A stretch of 64,000 nt of DNA from an uncultured Muribaculaceae bacterium (GCA_910577585.1 CAJTNN010000001.1:8925-72924); one strand, 5' to 3'; counted from the first letter of the stretch, positions 1 to 9,659 are shown. Numbers and translations: made by a program. Notes: generated from the sequence alone by a model not told the origin.

Positions 1-1431
1 CATCAAACCGCCCACACACTCAGTGCCGCTCACCTCACCCTCATTCCAGCAATAACGCGCCACTACATTATTATACATATAGGCATCCGCGTCACTCCCC
101 TTCACACGGGTGCTTCCGATGAGGCCTCCGACTCCGGCATATCCGCTCACCGCTCCGGTGTTGGATGATGACGTGACACTGGTCATGCCTGCACCTCCGG
201 CCAATCCGCCGGCTCCTATGCCACTGTTCTTCGTGTCGCCGGGACTATAGGCCATAGCCCCTCTGATGATTCCGGCATTCGAGCAGGCGGTGGTATAGAG
301 CGAGTCGCACGAGCCCACCATCCCGCCGGCACCGGCATAAGATGCGCTCACCGGCGAGGTATTGACACAATCGCTGAAGGCCAGGCATGAGTATATGCCT
401 GCCGCTCCGGCCAGACCGCCGGCGTTGTAGGCGGCCGAAATCTTGTTGTCGGTCGAGCTGCAATTCTGCAGATAGGCGCGTGTGTGCATGTCGGCCGCAC
501 CGAGCAGCCCGCCTATGCCCACACTCTCATCACTCCCTGTCACTTCGCAGCCGCTTACATGGCAATCGGTGATGGTCAGCATTCCACGGTCGTTGCCTCC
601 GGTGAGCGATGCGCCCACAAGCATACCTGTGGCGAAGTTGCCGCTGATAGCCGAGTTGCTGAACGACACGCCATCAAAGGCTGCGTTGTGCACATAACCG
701 AACAATCCAACTCCCGCCGAATGCTCCCGATCGATGATCAGCGTCGATATAGCCGCGCCATGGTAATGCCCACGGAAAGGCAACGCCGGATTGGCACCGA
801 TCGGCAACCACCCGTAGCGGCGGTCGACCTCACGCGAGGCCTGATACATGTCAATCTTGCCGGTCTGGCGGAAATGCGTGTCGGCAGTGATGAGAGAATT
901 CTTCTCCTCACTGTTGACGACCTGGGCGAGTTTTATAAGATTGTTGTAGGATGATATCTCATAGGGTTCGTCGGCCGTGCCCTTGCCGGGGAGGCCGATC
1001 TCCTCATCATACGTATCGAGCACCGTGACTGTGCCCCCGGCAATCTCCACACGGCTGCCAAGACCGAACTGAGTGGTCGCAAACTCACTCTTAAGATCGG
1101 CCAATGCAGGATTCTCCTCGATGGGATATTCAAGATACATCAGTCTGTACTCACCGTCGGATAGTCCGGTGTCGAGAGTCAGACGCGAACTCGCTCCCGA
1201 GCGTTGATGCTGACCTGTGCGGCTGATCATCGAGCCGTCGGGTGCCTGGAGCACGAGTGTGAATCCGGGCGAACTGAAGCCCTCGGTCTCCGGACCGAGC
1301 GCCATGACGCGCGTGTCGCCCACAAACGTATCCCCCGGAAATTCCGGCTCATCCGGCCCATCAATCTCGTCAGTGCAAGCCGGCAACAGCAGCGCGGCAG
1401 CCAAGGCAAAAAGAATCGGATATAGTCTCAT
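1..1431 (-). CDS. Large surface lipoprotein with GLUG-like (GGLxG) beta-helix repeats; 3' end runs off the window
   Basis: Manual translation from ATG at 1431: MRLYPILFALAAALLLPAC (lipobox LPAC), then GKGTADEPYEISS, WLPIGANPALPFRGHYHG, GLFGY and repeated GGLLG/GGLAG/GGMVG/GGLIG with NxGxV motifs. Open to position 1; absent from the ORF track because no stop codon is inside the window. Confidence 0.8.
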   Translation of the reverse strand, partial: MRLYPILFALAAALLLPACTDEIDGPDEPEFPGDTFVGDTRVMALGPETEGFSSPGFTLVLQAPDGSMISRTGQHQRSGASSRLTLDTGLSDGEYRLMYLEYPIEENPALADLKSEFATTQFGLGSRVEIAGGTVTVLDTYDEEIGLPGKGTADEPYEISSYNNLIKLAQVVNSEEKNSLITADTHFRQTGKIDMYQASREVDRRYGWLPIGANPALPFRGHYHGAAISTLIIDREHSAGVGLFGYVHNAAFDGVSFSNSAISGNFATGMLVGASLTGGNDRGMLTITDCHVSGCEVTGSDESVGIGGLLGAADMHTRAYLQNCSSTDNKISAAYNAGGLAGAAGIYSCLAFSDCVNTSPVSASYAGAGGMVGSCDSLYTTACSNAGIIRGAMAYSPGDTKNSGIGAGGLAGGAGMTSVTSSSNTGAVSGYAGVGGLIGSTRVKGSDADAYMYNNVVARYCWNEGEVSGTECVGGLM

Positions 1432-1610
1432 GAAAAAGCTTATGATAACTTATGATTATATGTAACCGGGCGAAAGTAGTGATTTTTATCCGGTTTCACA
1501 ACCCTGTAGGGCGCCTTATCACACGTTTGTCTATTATTTGTACATATCCCCCCACACACTCTCCCCCGGATAGGATGCATAAAAATAACCCGCCTTGAAG
1601 AAATTTTGAT

Positions 1611-1618
1611 TAATTTTG
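1611..1618 (+). promoter_or_regulatory. Bacteroidetes -7 promoter box (TAATTTTG) directly before the helicase ATG
   Basis: Matches TAnnTTTG followed by CA; ATG is 4 nt downstream; no well-spaced -33 TTTG. Confidence 0.55.
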
Positions 1619-1622
1619 CAAT

Positions 1623-3509
1623 ATGAATCCAGTGGAGTCTCTGAGAGAGCAGCGGCGACTGCTTGAAATAGAATATCGGGCCGAGAAGGAGGCCTTCAGC
1701 CGAAAGATCGGTCGCAACGGCATCGCACGCCTCGTGAAGCGCGGGAGCGCATGGTGGCCTGTCGGGCTGCAACGCACATATTACAATTCGCTCAATCAGC
1801 GCATCGTAGAAATCACGCGCACCCCGGCCGAAGATGACGCCACACCTGACGACCACGACTTCGAATACGGCCGTCCGGTGGCTCTATTCCGAGTGCCGCA
1901 GGAGGAGGATGCTCCACTCGATATCGTTGCGAATGGCACCGTAAGTTTCACCGATGCCGACCGTATGGCCATCGCCGTGGCTGATGATGCTGTGATTACA
2001 TCTGACGACACCCTCGGAGTGATGCTATCTTTTGATGAGACATCCTACAGGGCAATGTTTGACGCCCTCGACCGCGCCATCAAGGGTAAAGGTCAGCTTG
2101 GTGACCTGCGCGACCTCATCTATTCGCATCGCAGGGCTGGCGAATACTCACTCCCGCCGATGCACTTCAGCTATCTTAACCCCACTCAGGAGGAGGGGGT
2201 CAACAAGGTGCTCCGGGCCAAGGATGTGGCCATCGTGCACGGGCCTCCCGGCACGGGCAAGACCACAACTCTCGTCGAGGCCATCACTGAGACACTGCGC
2301 CGCGAAAGCCAGGTGCTGGTGTGCGCGCAGAGCAATCTGGCGGTAGACTGGATATGTGAGAAACTGATGGACCGCGGCGTCAATGTGCTGCGTATCGGCA
2401 ATCCGGCACGTGTCACCGACAAGATGCTCGCCTTCACCTACGAACGCCGCTTTGAATCTCACCCAGACTACACTACCCTCTGGAGCATACGCAAAGCCAT
2501 GCGCGAGCTTCGCTCGGCACGCCGCCACACCGACCAATGGCAGCAGAAGATCGAGCGCCTTAAAAGCCGCGCCACCGAACTGGAGTTCCGCATCAATCAG
2601 GACCTCATGAGCCACGCCCACGTCATAGCCTCGACTCTTGTAGGTAGCGGCCACCGTCTGCTCGACGGCACGCGCTTCTCTACCCTCTTTATCGATGAGG
2701 CCGCGCAGGCTCTTGAGGCCGCATGCTGGATAGCGATGCGCCGCGCGGGACGCGTGATTCTCGCCGGAGACCATTGCCAGCTCCCCCCGACTGTGAAGTG
2801 CATCGAGGCAATGAAGGGTGGGCTCGGCAAATCGCTGATGGAGCGGATTGTGGAGAACCACCCTGAATGTGTGACTCTGCTCGATATGCAATACCGTATG
2901 AATGAGGATATCATGCGGTTCTCAAGCGAGTGGTTCTATGGCGGCAAGATGAAGGCCGCTCCCGAAGTGCGCCACCGCATGATAATCGCCGGCGACCCGG
3001 CTATCGAATGGCTCGACACTTCCGGAATACTCGATACCGACGGAGAGGCCGACACCGAAGCCTTCCGCGAGGCCACTGCAGGCGATGGGCGCATCAACCG
3101 CGATGAGGCTTTGCTCACTATCATCGCCCTCCAGAACTACATCAACCGCATCGGGCGCAAGCGATTTATCGACGACCGCATTGATGTGGGTGTGATATCG
3201 CCTTACCGTGCCCAGGTGGATTATCTGCGCCATCTGCTGCGCAGAGTCGATTTCTTCAGACAATTGCGCCGTCAGATTACTGTCAATACTGTCGATGGCT
3301 TTCAGGGGCAGGAACGCGATGTGATAATAGTATCGCTCGTCAGAAGCAATGACGACGGCCAGATAGGATTCCTGCGCGACCTGCGGCGCATGAATGTGGC
3401 CATGACTCGGGCAAGGATGAAACTGATTCTCATCGGCAATCTCCCCACACTGGCGCGGCACCCGTTTTACCGCCGACTGAATGACTACATAGAACGAACA
3501 ACAGAATGA
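1623..3509 (+). CDS. Upf1/DNA2/IGHMBP2-like superfamily 1 helicase
   Basis: Walker A HGPPGTGKT, AQSNLAVD, IDEAAQ, LAGDHCQLPP, QYRM, VDGFQGQE and RRMNVAMTRAR motifs. Confidence 0.93.
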   Translation: MNPVESLREQRRLLEIEYRAEKEAFSRKIGRNGIARLVKRGSAWWPVGLQRTYYNSLNQRIVEITRTPAEDDATPDDHDFEYGRPVALFRVPQEEDAPLDIVANGTVSFTDADRMAIAVADDAVITSDDTLGVMLSFDETSYRAMFDALDRAIKGKGQLGDLRDLIYSHRRAGEYSLPPMHFSYLNPTQEEGVNKVLRAKDVAIVHGPPGTGKTTTLVEAITETLRRESQVLVCAQSNLAVDWICEKLMDRGVNVLRIGNPARVTDKMLAFTYERRFESHPDYTTLWSIRKAMRELRSARRHTDQWQQKIERLKSRATELEFRINQDLMSHAHVIASTLVGSGHRLLDGTRFSTLFIDEAAQALEAACWIAMRRAGRVILAGDHCQLPPTVKCIEAMKGGLGKSLMERIVENHPECVTLLDMQYRMNEDIMRFSSEWFYGGKMKAAPEVRHRMIIAGDPAIEWLDTSGILDTDGEADTEAFREATAGDGRINRDEALLTIIALQNYINRIGRKRFIDDRIDVGVISPYRAQVDYLRHLLRRVDFFRQLRRQITVNTVDGFQGQERDVIIVSLVRSNDDGQIGFLRDLRRMNVAMTRARMKLILIGNLPTLARHPFYRRLNDYIERTTE

Positions 3510-4279
3510 AGATATTGATAATCGGAGCCGGCAAGATGGGCTCCTTCTTTTGCGATCTCCTCTCGAAAGACCATGATGTGGCCATCTATGACCGCGATCC
3601 GCAGCGACTCCTATTCTCATTCAACTGCCGACGTTTTGCCGACATTGATGAGATTCGCGAGTTCGCGCCCGAATTTGTAATCAATGCGGCCACAGTGAAA
3701 TACACTATCCCGGCATTCCGCCAGATTCTGCCGCTACTGCCGCCGAATGCCATTCTGAGCGACATCGCGTCGGTTAAGACGGGATTGCCTGAATTCTATG
3801 CCGAGGCGGGACATCCCTTCGTGTCGACCCACCCGATGTTTGGACCCACATTCGCCTCTCTCAGCAATCTCAGCCAGGAGAATGCCATCATCATCAGCGA
3901 GGGTGACCACTTAGGGAAACTCTTCTTCCGCGACCTCTACACTCGCCTCAACCTACATATCGAGGAGTATACCTTCGCCGCCCACGACGAGACAATAGCC
4001 TACTCACTCTCGATACCCTTCGCCTCGACACTCGTGTTTGCCGGCATAATGAAACATCAGGATGCTCCCGGCACCACCTTCAAGCGCCACATGGCCATCG
4101 CGCGCGGCCTGCTGTCGGAGGATGATTATCTTCTGAGCGAGATACTCTTCAACCCGCACACTTCGGCACAGCTCAGCCGCATCCGCGAGCAGCTGGCCGA
4201 GTTGCAGCAGATCGTGGAGTCACGCGATGCCGGAGCCATGAAGGATTTCCTGACCCGCGTGCGCGCCAATATTGATTGA
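3506..4279 (+). CDS. tyrA: Prephenate dehydrogenase
   Basis: N-terminal GAGKMG Rossmann motif, DIASVK and STHPMFGP motifs; ATGA overlap with the helicase stop. Confidence 0.9.
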   Translation: MKILIIGAGKMGSFFCDLLSKDHDVAIYDRDPQRLLFSFNCRRFADIDEIREFAPEFVINAATVKYTIPAFRQILPLLPPNAILSDIASVKTGLPEFYAEAGHPFVSTHPMFGPTFASLSNLSQENAIIISEGDHLGKLFFRDLYTRLNLHIEEYTFAAHDETIAYSLSIPFASTLVFAGIMKHQDAPGTTFKRHMAIARGLLSEDDYLLSEILFNPHTSAQLSRIREQLAELQQIVESRDAGAMKDFLTRVRANID

Positions 4280-4280
4280 T

Positions 4281-4317
4281 GCGTCAGCTCACGCAGTCAC
4301 ATCTGTGGGCTGACACG
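4281..4317. terminator. Hairpin between convergent tyrA and DUF2007-like genes
   Basis: GTCAGCTCAC...GTGGGCTGAC inverted repeat; no strong U-tract. Confidence 0.45.
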
Positions 4318-4330
4318 ATAGCAGGGATGT

Positions 4331-4552
4331 TCAATCGGTTGCCGACCCACTGCCACCATCATGCTCCGCAAGCAGCTTGCGGGCCTCATCGAGATATTTT
4401 GAATTGATCACCACGTTGCAACCGTTGAATACGGGCACATACAGATTATTCAGATTCTCTACCATGGCCGGTATGCCGTTGCTCTCGAGCATACCCTTCA
4501 CAAGATAAGCTTCCTGCGGAGAATCATAGCTGGCCAGTGTTACGCTTGACAT
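4331..4552 (-). CDS. Small DUF2007-like (putative signal-transducing, PII-like) protein
   Basis: EAYLVKGMLESNGIPA ... V.V...YLDEARKLL pattern typical of this family. Confidence 0.75.
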   Translation of the reverse strand: MSSVTLASYDSPQEAYLVKGMLESNGIPAMVENLNNLYVPVFNGCNVVINSKYLDEARKLLAEHDGGSGSATD

Positions 4553-4588
4553 ATGATTGATTTTTAAGAAAATATATGTGTATCCGGT

Positions 4589-5359
4589 TTAGAGTTCAGG
4601 ATAGAATCGCGCCCCTTCGCCCCAGTCCCATCGGCCGGGCACAGTGGCCTGGAAATTGAACTTAGCAATGCCAAGGTCAAGATCGGTGTAGTCACCCTTG
4701 CTCTTGACCCCTGCATGAATGAAGGTGTCCTCTCCCATCCAGATTCTGACGGGCTGACGGTTCATCCCCGAGGGGGCGGCAGCCACTGCCTGCAGCCCCT
4801 CTGCCAGCCACGGATTCTGACGCAACGCCTCGCTATAGGTGAAGAAGGCTAACTTATCGTCATAGAATTCCTGTGGCTCGAGGCCTTTGCTCTTGACCAC
4901 CTTCTGCATCATCTTGTACATCAAGCCCGGTTCGGCCTCTTCGGCAAACCCGAAGGGTATCAGGAAAGCTATCTTTTCATCCGGGCTGAGGGTCTCCTGC
5001 ACTTTCGAAGGGTCGTAGGTGGCGGCCACAAAACATGTGCCCAGCCCCTTGCTCACCGCAAGCATCACGAATTGCTCGCCAGCGAATCCGGCTATCTCGG
5101 CCGAGTCGGCCTCACGTGTGTCAATCACCGCCACAAGATAATTGCTGACCCCCTTGAAGAAGCCATAGCTCTTCTTGAAACTCCCGAACGCCTCAGGGGA
5201 TGCGAATTTCAGGCTGAAGCGCACACCGGGGTATGCGGCATTGATAGTCTTCACCTCATCCTCAAGCGCCTGCACAGTTGCCTGCGGAATCTCTGCATCT
5301 GAATAGCGTCGCACTGAATGACGCCGCTGCAGAGCCTCGATGCTGTATTGTATATTCAT
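4589..5359 (-). CDS. Nitroreductase family protein
   Basis: RRHSVRRY FMN-binding start, GLGTCFV and AAPSGMNRQP motifs. Start moved to MNIQYS (5359) because the longer ORF runs through AT-rich intergenic DNA into the divergent gene. Confidence 0.85.
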   Translation of the reverse strand: MNIQYSIEALQRRHSVRRYSDAEIPQATVQALEDEVKTINAAYPGVRFSLKFASPEAFGSFKKSYGFFKGVSNYLVAVIDTREADSAEIAGFAGEQFVMLAVSKGLGTCFVAATYDPSKVQETLSPDEKIAFLIPFGFAEEAEPGLMYKMMQKVVKSKGLEPQEFYDDKLAFFTYSEALRQNPWLAEGLQAVAAAPSGMNRQPVRIWMGEDTFIHAGVKSKGDYTDLDLGIAKFNFQATVPGRWDWGEGARFYPEL

Positions 5360-5594
5360 ACTTGAATCCTTTAGTTGACTATTTGATGACATCTTTTTGA
5401 CGCCATCTATAATGTTATAACAACATTCACGCGGTTTTTCGTGTTCAGAAGCATCTAAAATATCACAGACCCTCACATTATTATTATGATGATGGTACGG
5501 AAATTTCGTGATGACGATATGTAAAATCTGCCGTAGGTTTGTTGTAGTTATATAATCAACTGAAAATCTTAAGTAAAACATAACACCACCGCAT

Positions 5595-6260
5595 ATGCAT
5601 ACACGACTCCTTACATTACTCGCCGCGCTGGCACTGACCGGCGGCGCCACCGCATCGGCACAATATTATGAGATTGCCAATCAGATTCCAAACCTCATCA
5701 CCCCCGCTCTGCAGGGTGGATTCAACTACAAGGGATTCATAGAGGCGGAATATCTGCATGGTGTGGGTGATAACTCTTGCGATTTCTTTGGCATCTCTAC
5801 GGTGCAGGGATTCCGCTATTCCTCATGGTTCTTCATGGGCGCCGGACTGGGCGTGCAATATGTGCATACCTCTCCGGCCGAGGATTGGCAACCCACATAC
5901 TACCCCGGCAATGCCATCAACCGCAGCAGCCGCAGCGGCTGCATGGTGCCGGTGTTCACCGACTTCCGCTTCAATATCGGCAGCCCGAAAGGTATCTCCT
6001 TCTTCGCCGATGTGAGGCTCGGTGCGTCATTCCTCGTCACCAACTCCGACCTGCGCATCAACGAAGGCTATATCACCAACAATGAATACTTCTATCTGCG
6101 CCCCTCGATAGGTATCCACATACCGGTCAATCCGGAGAAGAACACCTCAGCATTCAATATCGGCATCTCCTACCAGCTTCTCACTGCCAACTACTGGGAC
6201 AGCTGGCAACGCAATACCACCCTCAACGCCCTCGGCGTCAACGCCAGCTATGAGTGGTGA
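5595..6260 (+). CDS. Putative small outer-membrane beta-barrel protein
   Basis: Sec signal peptide (ASA-Q), alternating amphipathic strands, C-terminal aromatic residue (YEW). Confidence 0.7.
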   Translation: MHTRLLTLLAALALTGGATASAQYYEIANQIPNLITPALQGGFNYKGFIEAEYLHGVGDNSCDFFGISTVQGFRYSSWFFMGAGLGVQYVHTSPAEDWQPTYYPGNAINRSSRSGCMVPVFTDFRFNIGSPKGISFFADVRLGASFLVTNSDLRINEGYITNNEYFYLRPSIGIHIPVNPEKNTSAFNIGISYQLLTANYWDSWQRNTTLNALGVNASYEW

Positions 6261-6302
6261 GCAAATTCACCCTCTCTATACTACCCATCTCAATCCAAGT
6301 CT

Positions 6303-6345
6303 AATTCAAGCACACTCCCAGAGAGTATGCTTGAATTAACTTTTA
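6303..6345 (+). terminator. Intrinsic terminator
   Basis: AATTCAAGCACACTC...GAGTATGCTTGAATT stem followed by AACTTTT. Confidence 0.55.
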
Positions 6346-6490
6346 TTAATTAAATTGAGCAGAACCAATCATTGGTCTATGGCGTTATAATGACGTCTGA
6401 AGGGAACAAAGAAAGGAGTTCAGAAAATCCCCGATGACATTGTAAAATCATAACATATTTCATAAAACAATAAAATAAATTCAAGTAGAC

Positions 6491-7057
6491 ATGCAATCTA
6501 TCATTAACACCCGCATCCCTGAGTTCAAGGTGCAGGCTTACCATAACGGCGAGTTCAAGACAGTGACTGACAAGGATGTACTTGGCAAATGGGCCATCTT
6601 CTTTTTCTATCCCGCAGACTTCACTTTCGTCTGCCCCACAGAGCTCGAGGACATGGCCGAGAAGTATGAGAAGTTCAAAGATATGGGCGTAGAGATCTAC
6701 GCTGTCAGCACCGACAGCCACTTCGTGCATAAAGCATGGCACGACACCTCTGAGGCCATCAAGAAAGTGAACTATCCCATGCTCGCCGATCCCACCGGTC
6801 TTCTGACCCGCGCATTCGGCGTGATGATCGAGGACGACGGTATGGCTTACCGTGGCACATTCGTCAGCAACCCGGAGGGTCTGATCAAACTCGTAGAGGT
6901 ACAGGACAACAATATCGGTCGTAACGCCGATGAGCTGCTCCGCAAAGTTGAGGCTGCCCAGTTTGTGGCAAGCCACGACGGTGAGGTTTGTCCCGCCAAG
7001 TGGCGTCAGGGTCAGCAGACTCTCAAGCCCAGCATTGACCTCGTAGGTAAAATCTGA
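6491..7057 (+). CDS. ahpC: Alkyl hydroperoxide reductase subunit C (2-Cys peroxiredoxin)
   Basis: FYPADFTFVCPTE and GEVCPAKW motifs; C-terminus DLVGKI. Confidence 0.97.
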   Translation: MQSIINTRIPEFKVQAYHNGEFKTVTDKDVLGKWAIFFFYPADFTFVCPTELEDMAEKYEKFKDMGVEIYAVSTDSHFVHKAWHDTSEAIKKVNYPMLADPTGLLTRAFGVMIEDDGMAYRGTFVSNPEGLIKLVEVQDNNIGRNADELLRKVEAAQFVASHDGEVCPAKWRQGQQTLKPSIDLVGKI

Positions 7058-7161
7058 TTTTAGTCAGATTCCCGTAAGACGGTAATATCCGGCACCTTCA
7101 TCTGCTAAGGATGAAGGCAAATGATAAATAACGTAACGAGACAGTACACTACAACTCAACG

Positions 7162-7199
7162 AAAATCCGGCTAAATACTCATTTTAGCCGGATTTTTTT
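7162..7199 (+). terminator. Intrinsic terminator between ahpC and ahpF
   Basis: AAAATCCGGCTAAA-loop-TTTAGCCGGATTTTTTT. Confidence 0.8.
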
Positions 7200-7303
7200 G
7201 AAACGAATCATCTGTGCGGTTTTAATTGCTTCGCAAACAAAAATTTAAACCGCAGCAATCAGGCAACTACATATTTATTTAGACAATAATTAGAAATTAC
7301 GAT

Positions 7304-8860
7304 ATGTTAGATAACGATATCATACAGCAACTACGCTCAATATTCGCCGATCTCGGCGCACGCATCACTCTGCGCATGTCAGCAGCCGATCCTCAGGCCG
7401 ATGAGGCTCGCCAGATGAAGGAATTTCTCGGCGATTTCGCATCATCTTCGCCCGACATCGACTTTGAGGAGACTACTGCTCAAGTCGAGGCTCCGCAGTT
7501 TGAAATCCTAAAGGATGGAGAGCCTACGGGGGTGAAGTTTGTGGGCATACCTAACGGACACGAGTTCACCACACTTCTGCTGGCTGTGCTCAATGCCTGC
7601 GGAAAGGGTAAGAATATGCCTGACGATGCCCTCTCGGCACGCATTCAGGCTCTCCGTGGTCCGATTGACCTGCGCACATTCGTGTCGCTCACCTGCACCA
7701 ACTGCCCGGATGTGGCCCAGGCACTCAACGTCATCGCCATTCTCAACCCCGAGGTGAGCAATTCGGTGATTGATGGCGCTGTAGTGCAGCCTGTGGTCGA
7801 TAAACTCAATATCCAGTCAGTGCCTACGGTATACGCCGGCGATGCCATGCTCGGTGTTGGCCGCCAGTCGCTGGCCGACCTTATCGATAAACTCGAGGAG
7901 CGTTACGGCAAGAATGAGACCGATGCAGCTCCTGTGGAGCATGAATTTGATGTGGTGGTGCTCGGCGGAGGTCCTGCCGGTGCAGCCGCTGCCATCTATG
8001 CAGCCCGAAAGGGGGCGAAGGTGGCAGTCGTGGCCAAAGCTATCGGCGGACAGGTGAAGGAGACAATGGGAATCGAGAACCTTATCTCGGTGCCCGAGAC
8101 CACCGGACCGAAACTTGCCTCCGATCTGCGCATCCACCTCGAGCAGTATCCGATTGCCATCTTCGACAACCGCTCCGTAGATGCCGTAGAGGTCAGCGAC
8201 AAGCGCAAGACTCTGCGCGCCGGTAATGAGAGCTTCTCCGCTCCGGCGCTGATTGTGGCCACTGGTGCCAGCTGGCGCAAACTGAATGTGCCCGGCGAAG
8301 AGGACCATATCGGCAAGGGTGTGGCCTTCTGCACACACTGCGATGGTCCATTCTACGCAGGCAAGAAGGTGGCCGTAATCGGCGGCGGCAACTCAGGTAT
8401 AGAGGCAGCCATCGATCTGGCTGGAATATGCCCCGATGTGCAGGTGTTTGAGTTTATGGATACTCTTAAGGCTGATGAGGTGCTTCAGGAGAAGGCCGAG
8501 TCTATGCCCAACATGCACATCCACACCTCGATGCAGGTGATGGAGGTCGAGGGTGGCCCAGGCAATGTGACCGGACTGAAGGTCAAGGACCGTCTCAGCG
8601 GCCAGGTCAAGACGGTGAGTGTCGACGGCGTGTTTGTGCAAATCGGTCTGAGCCCCAACAGCGCGCTTTTCAAGGATATCCTTGAGATGACACGCGCTGG
8701 TGAGATTAAGGTCGATGAACGTTGCCGCACCAGCGTGAAAGGCATTTACGCCGCAGGCGATGTCACCAGCGTCCCCTACAAACAGATTATCATCGCCATG
8801 GGTGAAGGCGCCAAGGCTGCCCTCACAGCCTTCGACGACTCTATCCGAGGCGAAATCTAA
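7304..8860 (+). CDS. ahpF: Alkyl hydroperoxide reductase subunit F
   Basis: GHEFTTLLLA, N-terminal CTNC, GGGPAG FAD motif, CTHCDGP, GGGNSG. Confidence 0.96.
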   Translation: MLDNDIIQQLRSIFADLGARITLRMSAADPQADEARQMKEFLGDFASSSPDIDFEETTAQVEAPQFEILKDGEPTGVKFVGIPNGHEFTTLLLAVLNACGKGKNMPDDALSARIQALRGPIDLRTFVSLTCTNCPDVAQALNVIAILNPEVSNSVIDGAVVQPVVDKLNIQSVPTVYAGDAMLGVGRQSLADLIDKLEERYGKNETDAAPVEHEFDVVVLGGGPAGAAAAIYAARKGAKVAVVAKAIGGQVKETMGIENLISVPETTGPKLASDLRIHLEQYPIAIFDNRSVDAVEVSDKRKTLRAGNESFSAPALIVATGASWRKLNVPGEEDHIGKGVAFCTHCDGPFYAGKKVAVIGGGNSGIEAAIDLAGICPDVQVFEFMDTLKADEVLQEKAESMPNMHIHTSMQVMEVEGGPGNVTGLKVKDRLSGQVKTVSVDGVFVQIGLSPNSALFKDILEMTRAGEIKVDERCRTSVKGIYAAGDVTSVPYKQIIIAMGEGAKAALTAFDDSIRGEI

Positions 8861-8885
8861 AAGAACCTATATCTTACATAAATAC

Positions 8886-8929
8886 TCCCCGCTGCCAGTC
8901 CTCAATAACGAGGGTCGGCAGCGGGGAGC
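8886..8929 (+). terminator. GC-rich hairpin after ahpF
   Basis: CTCCCCGCTGCC...GGCAGCGGGGAG perfect 12-bp stem; weak U-tract. Confidence 0.5.
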
Positions 8930-8993
8930 TTCATATCAAATTCAGATTGGCTTCCTATAGGCCTCATATAACCGCCATATGATATGGGGATTA

Positions 8994-9024
8994 TTTGAGG
9001 TACCGGAAAAAATGAGTAAATTTG
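8994..9024 (+). promoter_or_regulatory. Bacteroidetes -33/-7 promoter for the GNAT gene
   Basis: TTTG (8994-8997), 19-nt spacer, TAAATTTG (9017-9024). Confidence 0.7.
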
Positions 9025-9028
9025 CACT

Positions 9029-9604
9029 ATGGAATTCAGAATCATACCGGCATCACCCTCACATGCCGAATTTATAGCCGAGGCGGTAATGACCGCCATC
9101 GGCAATGAAATCTGCTGCCATATGGCTGGCGGCGCGCAACGTCTGCCTCTCGTAAGGGAGGTATTCACTCGGCTTGCCCGACGTGAGGACTCGCAGTACA
9201 GCTATCTCAACTCACTCATTGCACTCGACCCGGAGGGTAATCCGGCCGCTGCGATAGTGAGCTACGACGGGGCGCGCCTCTATGAGTTGCGCCAGGCGTT
9301 TGTAGATGAGGCCAACGCGCTGCTCGGCTGGAATGTGACCCAGAATGATTTTCAGGATGAAACATCGGCCGATGAGTTCTATCTTGACTCGCTGATGGTG
9401 AGCCCGGCCTACCGGCGCCGTGGGCTCGCCGGACGCCTGATAGCACTGGCTGCGCAGCGCGCGCGTGAGAATGGCAAACCTCTTGGACTGCTTGTGGATT
9501 ACGACAATCCGGAAGCGCGCCGACTATATGTGTCGACAGGCTTCCGGAGTGTAGGTGAGCGTCCCTTCGCCGGCACGATGATGGAGCATATGCAGATGGC
9601 ATGA
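9029..9604 (+). CDS. GNAT family N-acetyltransferase
   Basis: YLDSLMVSPAYRRRGLA acetyl-CoA motif and NPEARRLYVSTGF. Confidence 0.9.
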   Translation: MEFRIIPASPSHAEFIAEAVMTAIGNEICCHMAGGAQRLPLVREVFTRLARREDSQYSYLNSLIALDPEGNPAAAIVSYDGARLYELRQAFVDEANALLGWNVTQNDFQDETSADEFYLDSLMVSPAYRRRGLAGRLIALAAQRARENGKPLGLLVDYDNPEARRLYVSTGFRSVGERPFAGTMMEHMQMA

Positions 9605-9659
9605 TACTCTCCTTCATCTGACCGTCACGGCGCGAGACGTTGTGATTGATGAGGCTCGA

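Noticed and set aside
5360..5650. N-terminal 97 aa of the 4589..5650 ORF
   Set aside because: Runs through AT-rich promoter DNA and overlaps the divergent gene; nitroreductase similarity begins at MNIQYS.
6361..6400. OxyR box upstream of ahpC
   Set aside because: Expected from biology, but no convincing ATAG-N7-CTAT repeat can be read from the sequence.
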